64,000 nucleotides of DNA from the human T2T-CHM13v2.0 reference genome, Homo sapiens, in the NCBI RefSeq assembly GCF_009914755.1, contig NC_060933.1; one strand, 5' to 3'. Of this stretch, positions 32,514 to 51,896 are shown piece after piece. Numbering within the stretch: position 1 is the stretch's first letter; each line of letters begins with the position of its first letter. The position numbers and the translations under genes were made by a program. The notes below the pieces were generated by a model. It saw only the letters and a list, made by a program, of their open reading frames with translations, was not told where the DNA came from and did no database searches.

Positions 32514-33405
32514 ATGGTTCTTAACCAGGGTGACATGGCTGAAATGACAGATATATCAATAGAATTCAGGGCCTGGATAGCAATGAAGATCATCAAGATT
32601 CAGAAGAAAGTCAAAACCCAATCCAAGGACTCTAATGAATCCAAGAAAACAATACAAGAGCTGAAAGATAAAATAGACATTTTAAGAAAGACCCAAACTG
32701 ATCTGACAGAGCTGAAAAACTCACTACAAGAATTTCATAATACAATCAGAAGTATTAATAGCAGAATAGACCAAGTTGATAAAAGAATCTCAGAGCCTGA
32801 AGACCAGTTCTTTGAATCAACTCAGTCAGATAAAAATAAAGAAAAAAGAATAAAAAAGAATGAGCAAAACCTCTGAGAAATGTGAGATTATATAAAGAGA
32901 CCAAATCTATGACTCAATGACATAACTGGAAGAGAGGGAGAGAGAGAGAGCAAGCAACTTGGAAAACATATTTTAGGATATTGTCCACAAAAATATCCAC
33001 AATTTCACTAGACAGGTCAACATTCAAATTCAGAAAATTCAGAGAACTCCTGTGAGATACTATATAAGACGTCCGTCCCCAAGACACATAGTCATCAGAT
33101 TCGCCAAAGTCAACACGAAAGAAAAAATATAAAAGCAGCTAGAGATGAGGGAAGGTCATCTACAAAGAGAACTCCATCAGGCAAACACCAGACCTTGCAA
33201 CAGAAACCCTACAAGCCAGAAGAGATTGGGGGCCTATATTCAGCATTCTTAAAGAAAAGAAATTCCAACTGAGAATTTCATATTCAGCCAAACTCAGCTT
33301 CATAAGTGAAGGAGAAATAAAATCCTTTTCAGACAAGCAAATGCTAAGGGCTTCTGTTACCACCAGGCCTACCTTACAAGAGGTCCTTAAGGGAGCACTA
33401 AACAT
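32514..33405 (+). pseudogene. L1 ORF1p remnant (stops and frameshifts)
   Basis: IQELKDKIDILRK...INSRIDQVDKRISEPED coiled coil, with a premature stop at 32874. Confidence 0.85.
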
Positions 33406-33511
33406 GCAAACAAAAGATTACCAACCACCACAAAAACACATGTAAGTTCATATACCACTGACACTGTAAAGCAACTACACAATCAAGTCTGCAGAACAAC
33501 TGGCTAACAAC

Positions 33512-37330
<3,819 letters not shown>

Positions 37331-38199
37331 AATCAACCTAAACGCCCATCAATGGTGAACTGAATAAAGAAAATGTTGTACATATACACCATGGAATATG
37401 ATGCAGCCATAAAAGAGAATGAGATCATGTCCTTTGCAGCAACATGGATGGAGCTGGAGGCCATTACCCTAAGTGAATTAACACAGGAACAGAAAACCAA
37501 ATGCCACATGTTCTCATTATAAATGGGAGCTAACCATTGAGTACACGTAGACACAAGGAAGGGAACAATAGACACTGGGACCTATTTGAGAATGGAAGGT
37601 GGGAGGGGGGTAAGGAATGAAAAACTGCCTATCAGATACCATGCTTATTAGCTGGGTGATGCAATAATCTGTACACCAAATCCCTGCAACACACAATTTG
37701 CCAATGTAACAAACCTGCACATGTACCCCCTGACCCTAAAATAACCTAAAATTAAAGAGAGAAAAATAAGTAAATAAGTTTCTAACAATCATTTATGTGA
37801 TGCCCATACTGCTGAACTAAGGACCAAACTTTGAATTGCAAGGCTCAAAACCACCTACTCTCTTGAATAAAGGTAGTTACCTTGAGCTCTCACAAGGGGG
37901 TGCAATGGGCAAACAATTCTATTGCTATTCATAATGCATTGAATAAATTCATGGGATGTGCTTTTTTCCCCGCAGCTGCTTTGTTAATTATTATTTATTC
38001 CATGGAGGGGGCACAGTAGATGTCTCAGTGTGCTAAAAATAGATTTTCCTTTAAGCCATATTTTCTAAGAATTCACCAAGATTATGTTCACAGAAAAGAA
38101 ACATTTGATACCTCTGTGATTAGAAGTGTCAAATAAAAATATTACTAAAGTTATTAGATATGAAAGATCAGAAATATGTGAAAATAATTATAGTAATAA

Positions 38200-38440
38200 T
38201 AAAAGCATAATGATAAGAGCAGTCATTTATTCATACCTATTAAATGTGTGGTAGAGGACTAGCTGTTTTACTTAGATGGTTTCATTTAATCCTCACAACA
38301 ACTTTATAAGATAGGTAATCTTGCCTTCATTTTACAGGTAAGAAAGCTGATGCTTAGAGAAGTTAAATAAAATGCTCAGGTTCTGGAGGTCATAGTGGAA
38401 GGGAAGAATTTAAAAATGCTCCCTCTTTTCCCAAAGTCTA
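38200..38440 (-). mobile_element. MIR
   Basis: tcatttaatcctcacaacaac...cattttacaggtaagaaagctga. Confidence 0.8.
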
Positions 38441-38519
38441 CACTCTTTTGTGTTGCTTCCAGGGAATTTTCTGTTGGGATATAGAGGAGTGATACAGAAT
38501 TATTGATTTGCCATACCAT

Positions 38520-39440
38520 TAAAAAATTGAGATATGATTCACAAACAATAATGTGCAATTTCGACATTTTCAGAATAACTACGAGGCTGTGCAACCACCA
38601 CCGCTATCTAATTGCGGAATATTTTATCATCCCTCTTTTTGAGCTGGGATATCCATCTTCTGGTCTTAGATGTTTGAGTTCCTGGTTCTCAGGCCTTCAG
38701 AATTAGGATAATTACACCACTGGCTTTCTCAGTTCTCCAGCTTGCAGACAGCATATTATGGGATTTCTCAGCCTCCATAATTGCATGAGCCAGTTCACAT
38801 AATAAATTGCTCTATCTATCTATCTACCTATCTATCTATATCAATCAATCAATCATCTGTCTTCTGTTAGTTCTGTTTCTCTAGATAGTCCTGACTAATA
38901 CAGTCCCCAGAAGAAATCCCATACTCATTAGCAGCAACTCTCCATTCTCCCTCCTGAAGCCTTTAACAATTATTGATCTACTTTCTATTTTTAAAGATTT
39001 CCGCATTCCAGACATTTCATATAAATGCAATAATACAATATGTGACCTTTTTGTGTTTGGCTTCTTTCACTGAGTTCAGTGTTTTCAAAGTTTATCCATG
39101 TTGTAGCATGTATCAGTGCTGCACCCCTTTTTGTGTCTGAATAATATTCCATTGTATAGATATACCACATTTTGTTTGTCTCTCCGTCAGTTGATGGACA
39201 CTTGGGTTGTTTCCATTTTTAGCTGCTACGAATGTTCATATGCAAGTTATTGTAAGCATATGTTTTTAGTTCTCTTCAGTATATATTTAATAGTGGAATT
39301 GCTGGGTCCTATGTTTAGCTTTTTGAGGAACTGCCAGACTGTCTTCCACAAAGGCTGCACCATTCTACATTCCCACCAGTGATGTCTGAGGGTTCCAATT
39401 ACTCCATATCCTTGCCAACACTTGTTATTGATTAACCATA
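38520..39440 (-). mobile_element. L1MB-like 3' end, split by MLT2
   Basis: ttctacattcccaccagtgatgt; tttttgaggaactgccagactgt. Confidence 0.8.
38630..38902 (+). mobile_element. MLT2 (ERVL) LTR 3' part
   Basis: tctccagcttgcagacagca...ctcagcctccataattgcatgagcca...ctgactaataca. Confidence 0.8.
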
Positions 39441-39443
39441 CTC

Positions 39444-39749
<306 letters not shown>

Positions 39750-39786
39750 TGATAATAAATTAAAGAGAAAATCACCAAATTCTTAA

Positions 39787-40153
<367 letters not shown>

Positions 40154-40564
40154 TGACCCTGTAGCATGATGTGGCCCTTTAGATTTTCAACTGTGTATTT
40201 GGGATAATAAAATACGATTTGCCTCCCTGGTAGTCCTGCCATGAAGCTAACACAAAACAGCTAAGGCATGAGAAAGCACTTTCACAAATGAAAGAACTGT
40301 GAGTGCCCCTCGTTGCATGGGCCCTTTCCAAGGCCCTGGCCTGGATCTGCTCTGTAACCTTTCTCCCTTTGCAGAGTGGCATGGGCGTGGCCAAGGGCAT
40401 GTTGAATCAAAGCTAAGCTGAGTTGGCTTCTAAATGACTTGTTTCTAATAAGGTGAGTCCTAGATATCAAATACATCAGGGCAGTATTTCCATTTATTCA
40501 ATAACAAACTGTAATGCACTTAGTACCTGTACTAAGTGCTGGGAATACAATATTGAATAAGATA

Positions 40565-41190
40565 ATTGGAAATTTTAACAGTTTTCTTGGATACCAATGG
40601 ACAGAGCAGACATAAAATAAGCAAAGAAAGACACAGAAGAATTAAATAACATTACTAATAAGCCTGAGAGAATAGATATATGTCATACTTTATATTCAAC
40701 AAATTGAATATATACATTTTGGGCACACATTGTATGTTTATTAAAATTGGCCATGTTCTAGGTCACAGAAAAGGCACCAATTTATTCCAAAGATTCAGTA
40801 TCATCAGGCAAACTATATTCCATGGTCATAATGCAATAAAATTAAAAATCAATAACAATAAAAACTGGTGACAGGGAATATTCCAAAGGAGCTAAAATGT
40901 TTTCCATTTTCTGGAAAACCAACCAACTAACCAACAAGAACCAAATCAAAACCAAAATTTGTAAAAAGTCCCTTAACTCCTTGGGTTAAAGAGGTTATCA
41001 CATGTCAAAATGCATGAGGCACAACCAAAGCAGTTTTTACAGGGGAAACTAGAGTTTTTAATACACTGATCAGAAGACAGGAAACTTTGAAGGAAAATAA
41101 GCAACATATTCAACTACAATAGTTGGAAGAAGGCAACAAAAGAAACCTTATCAGAAGAGGATATAGAATAATACAGCATAATTAATACTC
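40565..41190 (+). mobile_element. Old L1M ORF2 endonuclease fragment
   Basis: ORF 40680: FIKIGHVLGH...IFHGHNAIKLKINN resembles L1 FTKIDHILGH...SDHNGIKLEINN. Confidence 0.75.
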
Positions 41191-41484
41191 TGAATTATAC
41201 ACACACAAGATGCTGAAGGAGCCCACTGCAGGGGCAGTTAACCTGGGAGTGGTGACCCATGAGCTGAGTTTGATGAGTTTGATGAATTAGATTAGGATAT
41301 GGTGGGAAATTTCTGGGAGAAACAAAAACCAAGTGCATGGAGGAGAGAAGCAGCTAGTTGTGCCCAGCTTCAGGGAAGGGTCCCTGTAGATGAGTGGTCA
41401 GGGAGAAGGCTGTGGCCATGTCAGAAAGCTTTGTTGTGAAATGGATGGTGAGGAATAACACATTTTTTAAAAGAATTAAGAAGG

Positions 41485-41690
41485 TCAGCATAAGAAGTAG
41501 TTAAGGTGATGAACTCTAGAATTAGATGGTGGTAGTTTCAAATCCCATTCTTCCACATATTAGTTGTATGCCCATGGGCAAGCCATTTAATCTCTCTAAG
41601 CTTCAGTTTCCTCATCTGCAGTTAGATAATAATAATAGCTACTGGATAAGTTTATTGGGTATGTAAAGCACTTAGCACAGTGCCTGGTAT
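41485..41690 (+). mobile_element. MIR
   Basis: tctctaagcttcagtttcctcatctg...aaagcacttagcacagtgcctgg. Confidence 0.85.
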
Positions 41691-41697
41691 AAAGTGA

Positions 41698-41792
41698 GGG
41701 TTTGTCTGTTGTTCCAGTGTAATTACTCATAGCGCACACCCTTTCACTATCAGAGGTGTCTCAGTTTGGCTGATAAATGATATGACCACATC
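41698..41792 (-). mobile_element. MER81-like hAT-Blackjack MITE
   Basis: tgttgttccagtgtaattac...ccctttcact...gtttggctgataaatgatatgacca. Confidence 0.6.
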
Positions 41793-41829
41793 TGGTTCGC
41801 ACTGTATGTGATTTTTTTTTTTTTTTTTT

Positions 41830-42900
41830 TTTAGAAAAGTCATTCTGAATGCATGTTGGAGAAAGGAGTTAATAAAGGGACACTAGACTGGAGACAGAGA
41901 GGTCAGTCGGAAGGGCCTGAACCTGGCTAGTGGAAACTGACTGGAGAGTTTCTGAACAGAATTTTTGTAAAAAAGGCCGGGTGCAGTGGCTCATGCCTGT
42001 AAACCCAGCACTTTGGGTGGCCGAGGTGGGTGGATGACCTGAAGTCAAGAGTTCGAGACCAGCCTTGCCAACATGACAAAACCCTGTCTCTACTAAAAAT
42101 ACAAAAATTAGCCAGGAATGGTGGTGCATGCCTGTAATCCCAGCTACTTGGGAGGCTGAAGCAGGAGAATTGCCTGAACCTGGGAGGTGGAGGTTGCAGT
42201 GAGCTGAGACCATTGCACTCTAGCCTGGGCAATAAGAGCAAAACTCTGTCTCAAAAAAAAATTTTTTTTTTTTTAAAGAAGCAGCATTAATGCAAGTGGT
42301 ATCAGCACAATGCTTCTAAATGTATCCCAGTGCTTCCAACTTAGGTGACTGAAGGGGTGGTGACAGGGAATTTGCCGAAGTGAAGCCCACAGCACAGATT
42401 TGGGATGAAGTTATGTGGGATGGTGAATTTTGGACATGTTGACTCTGATGTCCATGTTTTGCAATGTGAGGAGTTCACTTGAGAATTGGAAAACAGATTC
42501 TGACGTTCAGGGAGAGGCTGGGCCTGGAGATGGAGATATGGATCTTCCTATGTGTGGGAGTGAATGAGATCACTCAGGGAGAGAATTGAAAAGTGAGAAG
42601 AGATAAGGACTCAAGACCAAGCCCTGAGGAAACTTGGGGCCAGGTAAGAATCCATGAAGGATGTTGGTACCTGGGAGCTTGTGTAAACCAGGGGAAATGA
42701 GGGTCACAGAAGCCAAGGAGGGAAGTGTCTTAAGAGGCAGTACATTGTTAATGGTGTCATCGCTACCAAGAGGGCATGATGTTGGACTCGGCCATGTGCA
42801 TGTCATGGCCTCTTCAGAAAGCAAGCTTGTGTGACTTGGCAGGGCTGGAAGCAGATGGCAGAGTTTAGTTTGAAGGGCAGCTAAGGAGAAATGAAGAGTT
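41830..42900 (-). mobile_element. L2 fragment, split by an Alu
   Basis: ttttggacatgttga...ggagaggctgggcctggagatggagat...aatgagatcactcaggga. Confidence 0.7.
41975..42261 (+). mobile_element. AluS
   Basis: Dimer. Confidence 0.95.
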
Positions 42901-43019
42901 GTATAAAGTTTCTCAGAATAGCGTAGGTTCGAGGCAAATCTGTAAGTCTGATAATTAAAATAATCCATTAAAAAGTTTTGATATGATTCACCTGGCTGAC
43001 ATATAAGCATCCCTAAGGT

Positions 43020-43230
43020 GTTATTTATTGTGCCCTGATATTGTGCCTGGCACTTTGCACATATTGTCTTATATGATGCTCACAGCGACTGCCTGAGGAA
43101 TGTGTTCCCTTGACAAACACAGAAACTGATAAAGACTGTAAGTGATCTGCTTAATATCATACCACTGCTGAGGGTTAGAGCTGCAAGTTGCATTTATCGC
43201 TGACTCACTGCAAAGTCCATGTTCATTCCT
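43020..43230 (-). mobile_element. MIR
   Basis: tgtgcctggcactttgcacatatt...gaaactga. Confidence 0.55.
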
Positions 43231-43961
43231 CTGAACCTCAACTCCAACTTGAAAATGCCCCTCCTTTTTCAAGTATCTAAAAAAAAATTCAAAAGCACAT
43301 GCTACATGGTGATGATTTAAAAAATAAAAAAATGCTGAAACTTCACGTAAGTATCAAAGAAGGCAATCACTTGTTTGTCACAGCACAACTTGGGGACCTC
43401 AGAAATATGAAAGGCATTTAAAAAAAAGTCATTGTGCTTTCTTGTGCTGAGAGTGGACAGTGGAAAAAGACCTGCCATTTCCACCTGAGCCCCACTTTAG
43501 GGAAACAAGGAAACTTTGTGTATCTTTCAGTTCCAGAAAAGGGGAGCCTTGTTCCTGAGTTAAAGAGCAAGTTTCATCTTAGCCTTCAAGAATGATGCCT
43601 TTTCATGTCTTCATGGGGTACTGGAAGCCCTGCCAAAACTCATGAGTGGAAAACCAGACCCAAATTACCCTGGGCAGTCTGCACTACTAGTCCCTGCCAA
43701 ATATGAGGCTCCCTCAGGGGTGTTAGTACACCTTTGTCCTTGGGCCTTCATACCTGTGTTATTCTTCACGTTACGTGCATGTTATATAGAGCCTTTTAGG
43801 TGTATGGAACATTTCATAATACATTTCAAAATGCATACTTAAAAATATAAACAAGAAAGTAGGACCAATATTTTCAAAAGAAAAAGAGATAAATTCCCGT
43901 GGTACAAGAACCGTTAAAAAAAAATGGAGTTAATACATTTCATGCAATACTGCAGAGTTAA

Positions 43962-44301
<340 letters not shown>

Positions 44302-44583
44302 ACTAATTGAGTAGATCTTAAAAAATACATTGTTATGTGAAAATGGCACATTGCAAAATAACATGTACACTGTGATATTTACCTAAATGGAGAAAAAAAA
44401 AAACCTATGTATTTTCTATGGATATAGTCGTATGTATTAAGTCATATGTATTAAGTCGTATTTATGAAGGCTCTATGCCAATCTTGCATTTGTGGTTACT
44501 TGACGGCTGTGAGGAAGTATTGGTGCTGGAAGAACTGGGGTTACTGGAGACTTAAGAGAAATTCAGCTTGATCTATGACAGCA

Positions 44584-44912
<329 letters not shown>

Positions 44913-44956
44913 TAGGAGTTCCTATGACTCTTTCAGGGGATCTTCAAAGTAAAAAC

Positions 44957-45316
44957 TGTCTTAGTCCAGTTGGGCTGCTATAATAAAAGACCACTGATTG
45001 AGTAGCTTTGAAACAACAGAAATTTATGTCTCATAGTTCTAGAGGTTGGGAGTCCAAGATCAAGATGCTGGCACATTCAGTATGTGGTGAGGGCTCAGTT
45101 TCTGTCCCATAGACGGCATCTCACTGTGTCTTCCCATGGTGGAAGTAGGAAGGCAACTCTTTGGGACTTCTTTATTAAGGGCACTTATCTCATTCAGGAG
45201 GGCTCCACACTCATGATATAATCACCCCTCAAAGCCCCACCTCCTAATATCATTACATGGCCTATTAGATTTTCGATGTTTGAATTTGGGGGGAACACAA
45301 CATTCAGTCTATAGCA
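44957..45316 (-). mobile_element. MLT1A-type solo LTR
   Basis: tgtcttagtcc...gggctgctataa...gagtccaagatcaag...cattcagtctatagca. Confidence 0.85.
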
Positions 45317-45503
45317 AACACTAAGATGCCATTTGCCTTGTTCACTGGGTTGACATTTGCACTGAGGGTGTGAAACCAGTGGTATGTAGCACTGCTGGCG
45401 GCCTTAGCAGAAATCAGGCAATGGGGTCCGACTGTGCTGGTCATCACTGCCACAGCACTGCCACACAGTTGAAGTGAAAAAATAAGCCTGCCAATTTCAC
45501 TTA

Positions 45504-45869
<366 letters not shown>

Positions 45870-46414
45870 TTAAAAGGATATTCTGGGTGATGAAGTATGC
45901 ACAAAGTACTTTTGCTGCATTCCAAAGTACAATAATTGCCTTAAGAAAAAAGCACTTGTGTGTTGGAGTTGAGAGCTTTTTTCCATGAAACACCATTTTT
46001 ATCTAAAAGAATGACTGTCAGGCAAACTGTGGTTACTCAGACTAGGGTATTTGGCAGATATTTTCCTGAAAATGAACAAAAGGAGCCTGTCATTTCAAGA
46101 AAAACAACTGACAGTATTTGTTACCAATGATAAAATACAAGTTTTCAAGCAAAAACTAGAATTTTGGAAAACTTGTTTCTGCCATCATGATCTTGACAAC
46201 TCAAATACTTAAAGACTTTTCTGGTAAGATCAGTGGTAATATTGACAAATGGGATTCTTTTAATATTGTCTAATCAAATGAGCCAACATTTGGAAGATTT
46301 GAATGGCTGGTGAACCATTATTTTCCAAATGATCTATATGTTTTGTTACAAAACCATTTTTTTCTTTGTTTTACTGCATTTTCAACTTGAAGAAATTTTT
46401 TGCTGCAAGCTTGC

Positions 46415-46810
46415 TGTTATGGACTGAATTATATTCCCCCCCAGTTCATATGCTGAAGCCCTAACCCCTGGAACCTCAAAATATGACTGCAGTGTTTGGA
46501 GACAGGGCCTTTAAAGAAGTGATTCAGTTAAAATAAAGCCATTAGAGTGGGCCCTAACCAGGTATTGCTGGTGTCCCTATAATAAGAGGAAGAGACACCA
46601 TAGGCATTGCACACAGAGAAAAGGCCGTGTGGGGACACAGTGAGAAAGCAGCCATCTGTAAGCCAAGGAGAGAGGCCTCAAAGGAAACCAACCCTGCTGG
46701 CACCTTCGTCTTTGACTTCCAGCTTCTGGCACTGTGAGAAATTAAACTTCTGTTGCTAGAGTAATCCAGTGTGTGATATTTTGTTAGGGCAACCCTAGCA
46801 AACTAACACA
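46415..46810 (+). mobile_element. MLT1A0-type solo LTR
   Basis: tgttatggactgaatt...agccaaggagagaggcctca...aactaacaca. Confidence 0.85.
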
Positions 46811-47484
46811 GTAGCTTATCTTATAAGGAACCTAGATTAATAGAACTAAGGTTATTGAGGAGTGGGGCAACAATTTGCAGCACATAAAGATCCAAAGAAG
46901 TTTCTCTAACATTTCCCCCCAATTATTTTATACTTCATGTTCTTTTCTGTCATTTCCCTCTTTTCCTATTTCCCCCCTTTTTTTATGCCCCAAAGCCAAA
47001 ACGTCAAATCTAGCCAAGGGTTGCTGCTGTTGCTGGTGTGTATGTGTGTTGTGTGCACATGCACATGTGTGCAGGGAATGTAGAATTGGAGGGTGACAAA
47101 TAATTGCTGTTTTTGTTTTCTTTTTCATGTCTTGGCATTAATACAAACCTTTTTCTCTGACCTACTATTAAGAGAGCAACTTGGAGATGAGAGAGAAGAA
47201 ATTTGATCATAAAGCTTTTGCCCCAAATGTCTTAGGCAGAGGTATTTGGGATTAACATAGAGACCCTTCAAAAAAAACAAAGTAAAGAGAAAAATATGCC
47301 TCTAGAAAAATAAGGCCAGGGCTATTATTTCTCAAGGAGTGAGGCCAACATCAAATTAGTGAGAAGAACATATATCCTTCTTGTAGCCTGATTGGGTATC
47401 TTTGGAAGGATAATTAATTTTTCTGTTTGCAAGTCTTGTTAGCCTTCCAGTATTTTCAGAAGAATAATTGCCACAGCATGGTAG

Positions 47485-47852
<368 letters not shown>

Positions 47853-48174
47853 TAACTTGGAACTGAAACCACTCCCTCCTTGCCCAAGGGGAGTCAGCAG
47901 GCGTGTGAGATTGAGTTGGCCACCCAGAATCTTTTATGAGTGTTGTGTGGGTCCAAGTAAGACAGAGCTGCCCTCCCAAGCTTGAGACCCATGTCTGTTC
48001 TGGGACCCATATTCGCTCATGGCATCCCCAGCCAGTTCCCAGGGTCCTGTTGAGTTGCCCTTGTAATAATATCAGCAGCAATTAGTATCTATTAAATATT
48101 CGCTGTACACTTGAACTACTTATTGCCTTTGTTAAGTCAACAACAATCCTATAAGGTTATCATCCCTTGGAAGG

Positions 48175-48545
48175 GACTGGGTAGCTTCTCCCAAACCTGT
48201 TTCCCATTGTGGGCTCACAGCTAAACTCTATTTCCCAGACTCTTTCACCACTAAGCATGGCAACACGATTAAGTTTTAGCTATAGGTGTGTGCATGAAAG
48301 TATTGTGTGTTACTTCCAGGCCTGGGCTAAACAGTGCTCCCATATCTGACTCTCTACGTTCTTTTCTCCTCCTCCATCTTGTGCAGACAGGCGCCAGAAT
48401 ATTGGAAGCTGCAAGCTGCTTTTATAATCACATGTTGGAAGACAGCTGCCACCCATTTCGTACCCTATGAGAGAGACAAATAAACTCCTATTGTGTTAAG
48501 CCACTGAGATTTTTAGGGTTTATTCTAATAGGTTATTAGAGCAGC
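48175..48545 (+). mobile_element. Old MLT1-type LTR
   Basis: tatttcccagactc...ttacttccaggcctgg...ttgtgttaagccactgagatttt. Confidence 0.6.
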
Positions 48546-48645
48546 TCATAGTAATACTTAGTAAAATACATAGTAATACTTAGCAATACATAGTAAAACT
48601 TACACTGTAGTACATTCCCATTTTACAGGTTACAAAGCTGAGCCA

Positions 48646-48930
48646 GGCCAGGCATGACTCATGCCTATAATTCCAGCACTTTGGGAGGCTGAGGCAGGAG
48701 GATTATATGAGGACAGGAGTTCGAGACCCCCGTCTCAAAAAAACATTAAAAAAATTAGCTGATGTGATGGTGTGTACCTGTAGTCCCAGCTGCTTGGGAG
48801 GCTTAGGCGGGAGGATTTTGTTTGAGCCTAGGAGTTCGAGGTTGCAGTGAACTATGATCATACCATTGCACTCTTGCTTGGGGCACAGGGCGTGACCCTG
48901 TCTCAAAAAGGTAAAAAAAAAAAAAAAACA
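48646..48930 (+). mobile_element. AluJ with internal deletion
   Basis: The left arm collapses at the repeated gagacc; TSD aagctgagcc. Confidence 0.9.
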
Positions 48931-49021
48931 AGAATAAGCTGAGCCTTGGAACATTTGTGTTATCCAGATTCTTACAACTAATCAGCAGCTGTATGTAACC
49001 TTAAATTTTTTGTATTTCCTT

Positions 49022-49030
49022 GAGTGTGTG

Positions 49031-49063
<33 letters not shown>
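49022..49063. repeat. (TG)n microsatellite
   Basis: gagtgtgtgagtgtgagtgtgtgt... array. Confidence 0.9.
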
Positions 49064-49814
49064 AGCACTGATCTATTAGTGTTTATGGGCACTATAAGTT
49101 TCCTGAAGTCCCTCTTAATCTTAAACAGGGAATGAGAAATGTCAGTTTTGGGTACCATACTGTACCTTTGTTAGGGGATGGAGAACCATGTGCTTCTGCT
49201 TCTGGGCACTGCTGAGCAAGAAGCAGTGACCCCAAAGCAACTAAAACTCCCTCCCCAGTGTGTCTGCAGCCGTGGTGCTGATCGACAAGATCCCAATTCT
49301 TATCTGCAATGTGGAGGGCCTGGCTAAGGATGACGCTGGCTTATGGGAGAATGTAACTCTATAAGATGCCAGCCTTTCCCAGGGATATCAGTTTCAGGAG
49401 CCTGGCAGCATGTGGAAGGAAAACAATCTCAGGTTTTCTTACCGTGCTCAGGGAAGGTCCCCCTCCCACCTTGCCATGTGGTATCTCTATTGGAGCATAG
49501 CAGAAAACAAACCACCCCTACGCCCTACCATTCCACTTTTTTCTGAGAACTGTAGCAGCATAGAATCACGTATTGCGGAAGCCTGGGCAGTGATGTGGCT
49601 GGTGTCTGTCTTCCAAGCCTATGCCCAGCTCTCTACTATGTAGATTTAGAAACTGTTAGAATGTTGGTGCTCAAAAGGATATTAGTGACTATTTTGGGCT
49701 GATAACCTCACTATAGAGTTCAGAAAACTGAGGCCAGAGAGAAGTGACTCAATGAAGTTCACAGAACTTGTTAGTGGCATATTTGAGCCCTTATTACATG
49801 CTTAGCATTACCTC

Positions 49815-50240
49815 TTTGTTTCAGGATCATGTTTCCAAGAAAAGAGACTCAGACTCTAAGGCTTGTGTGTAAGAAATGCATTTATTAGATAGAGCCCTTG
49901 GGAACACACCTGAGAAGGAGCGAAAGAGGCAGGACTGGACAGAAGGAGAAGTTGAACTGTGTGTAGTAGCAACAGACACCTCAGCTGATGCCATGGGGAC
50001 CCCTGAAGTTGGAGTGGCCATTCAGAGATGTCCCAAGTTGAGGCAAGAGGGCTGGACTTTCTACCCTACCTGGACCAGTCACTGCATGTGTGCTGCTCCC
50101 AGAGAGGGGTGGTAACCTTGGATGAGTAGCCCCCTTTGGCAGAGGGCAGTTTCCAGGGCTAGTGGAGTGAGTGCCCCAGTCCTAGGTCCTCAGTCCTAGG
50201 TCCTGGAAAGGATCTGGATGGAAGACTGCAGCATTGGCTG
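49815..50240 (-). mobile_element. LTR16-type (ERVL) solo LTR
   Basis: ggagaagttgaactgtg...cctcagctgat...ttcagagatgtcccaagttgaggcaag. Confidence 0.75.
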
Positions 50241-51441
50241 TGCTCACATTTACACTCAGAGCTTAGGATGATAGAAACTGAAGCTTTGGTCACACAGCCA
50301 CTAAGAGAAAAATTCAGGTCTCTGGGTCTCAGCTTTCAGCTTGAAGGCTAAAAGTCGTAAGGAGGCACAACAGAGAGGACAAAAAAAAAGAAAAGAAAAG
50401 AAAAGAAAGGTTGCTCTTGAGGCTGATGGACTTCCAGTTAGGGAGGTGGCCTCAGGGGGATGCCTGTTCAGGACTGGACTGATCGCTGAAGTGTATACTG
50501 GAGGAGAGAAGGTGTGTAAGGGAAGGAGCTTGGCAGCAGGGGCAAAGGGTGGGAGAGAAAAGATTGGTGCTGAATTCCAGAAATCCTGGTCTCCCAGGAG
50601 GAGCCGAGGAATCCGTGTAACCACAGAGGAATTTCTGTTTCCCTGATGTTAGGGTCTTGGGAGCAACATAGGTTGGGTGGGGTAGAGGTGTCATCCTAAT
50701 AGTTCTTGAAACTTGAAAGAGGTTGACCCTTCCCCAGCCAGCAGACCACCACATCCCCTAGGGACATAAAGGCCTTAAGTAGTTGATGGTATCTGCGGTA
50801 GTCTTAGCACCTGGGAGGCATATATTCTGCTAGGAAAAATTGTGAAAGACTTTGAAGTGGGCAAAAAAGACTACTGGGTGTCTTATCTAGGGCACCCTTC
50901 CTGGTTATCTGCATTACTTGGAGTTTTATTTTGTAACTCTGCAATTTGTAGAACACTGAGAGTAATACACATGATTCTTACTCATAGAAATGCAAATGAA
51001 TTTTGTCCAGTGGAGATGCAGTTGGTTGTTGCACTGTGGATATTGACTAGTTTTACACTTATTTGTAGACTCATTTCAGCATTCCAGATTACTTAGATAG
51101 GTGTGTTCTTGGAATGATCCTTTGACCTGGTTATAACCTCTTACTGGCTCTCTTAATGAGTTAAATAAATCTTTGACCCATGCTTATTTAAAAAAAGGAG
51201 GATAAATAAATCCAGGTTCTCTGTCTCTGTTTAGTTGCTCTAAAACCAGGGAAAGTTGAACCACACTCTGCAGAGACCTCAGAGACTGCAGGAGGAAGGT
51301 GGTATCTAAAGGATGGACGGGGAGAGGCTTGAGAACATCCACTCCATACCCTCATGTCAACCAGAGAAGCTCTACCCTTGTCTATACTGTTCTCTTTTTT
51401 CCAGCAGGGAGCATCTATGTAACATTTCATTAGAACCAAGG

Positions 51442-51896
51442 TGTCATGGGTTGAATTATGTCCCCACAAAAGATGTTGAAGCCCTACTTCTCAGTACCTG
51501 TGAATGTGGACCATATTTGGAAGTAAGGTCTTTGCAGATGGTCAAGTTAAAATGAAATCATTAGGGTGAGCCTTAATCCAACATAACTGTGTCCTTATAA
51601 AAAGGGGATATTTGGACATAGAGATAGGCATGCCCACAGGGAGAGCCATGTGAAGATAAAGGCAGAGTTTGCAATGATACATCTGCAAACCAAGGAACGC
51701 CACATTGCCGGAAAGAAACCAGGAGCTAGGAGATAGGCACAGAACAGATTCTCCCTCACGGCCTTCAGAAGGAATCAACCACACTGACACCTTGATCTCA
51801 GACTTCTAGCCTCTATTACTGTAAGACAATAAGTTTCTGTGTTTTACTCACCGTGTTTGTGACAGTTTTCTACAGCAGCCCTAGAAAGCTAATACA
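51442..51896 (+). mobile_element. MLT1C solo LTR
   Basis: tgtcatgggttgaatt...gattctccctca...ctaataca; 5-bp TSD caagg on both sides. Confidence 0.88.
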
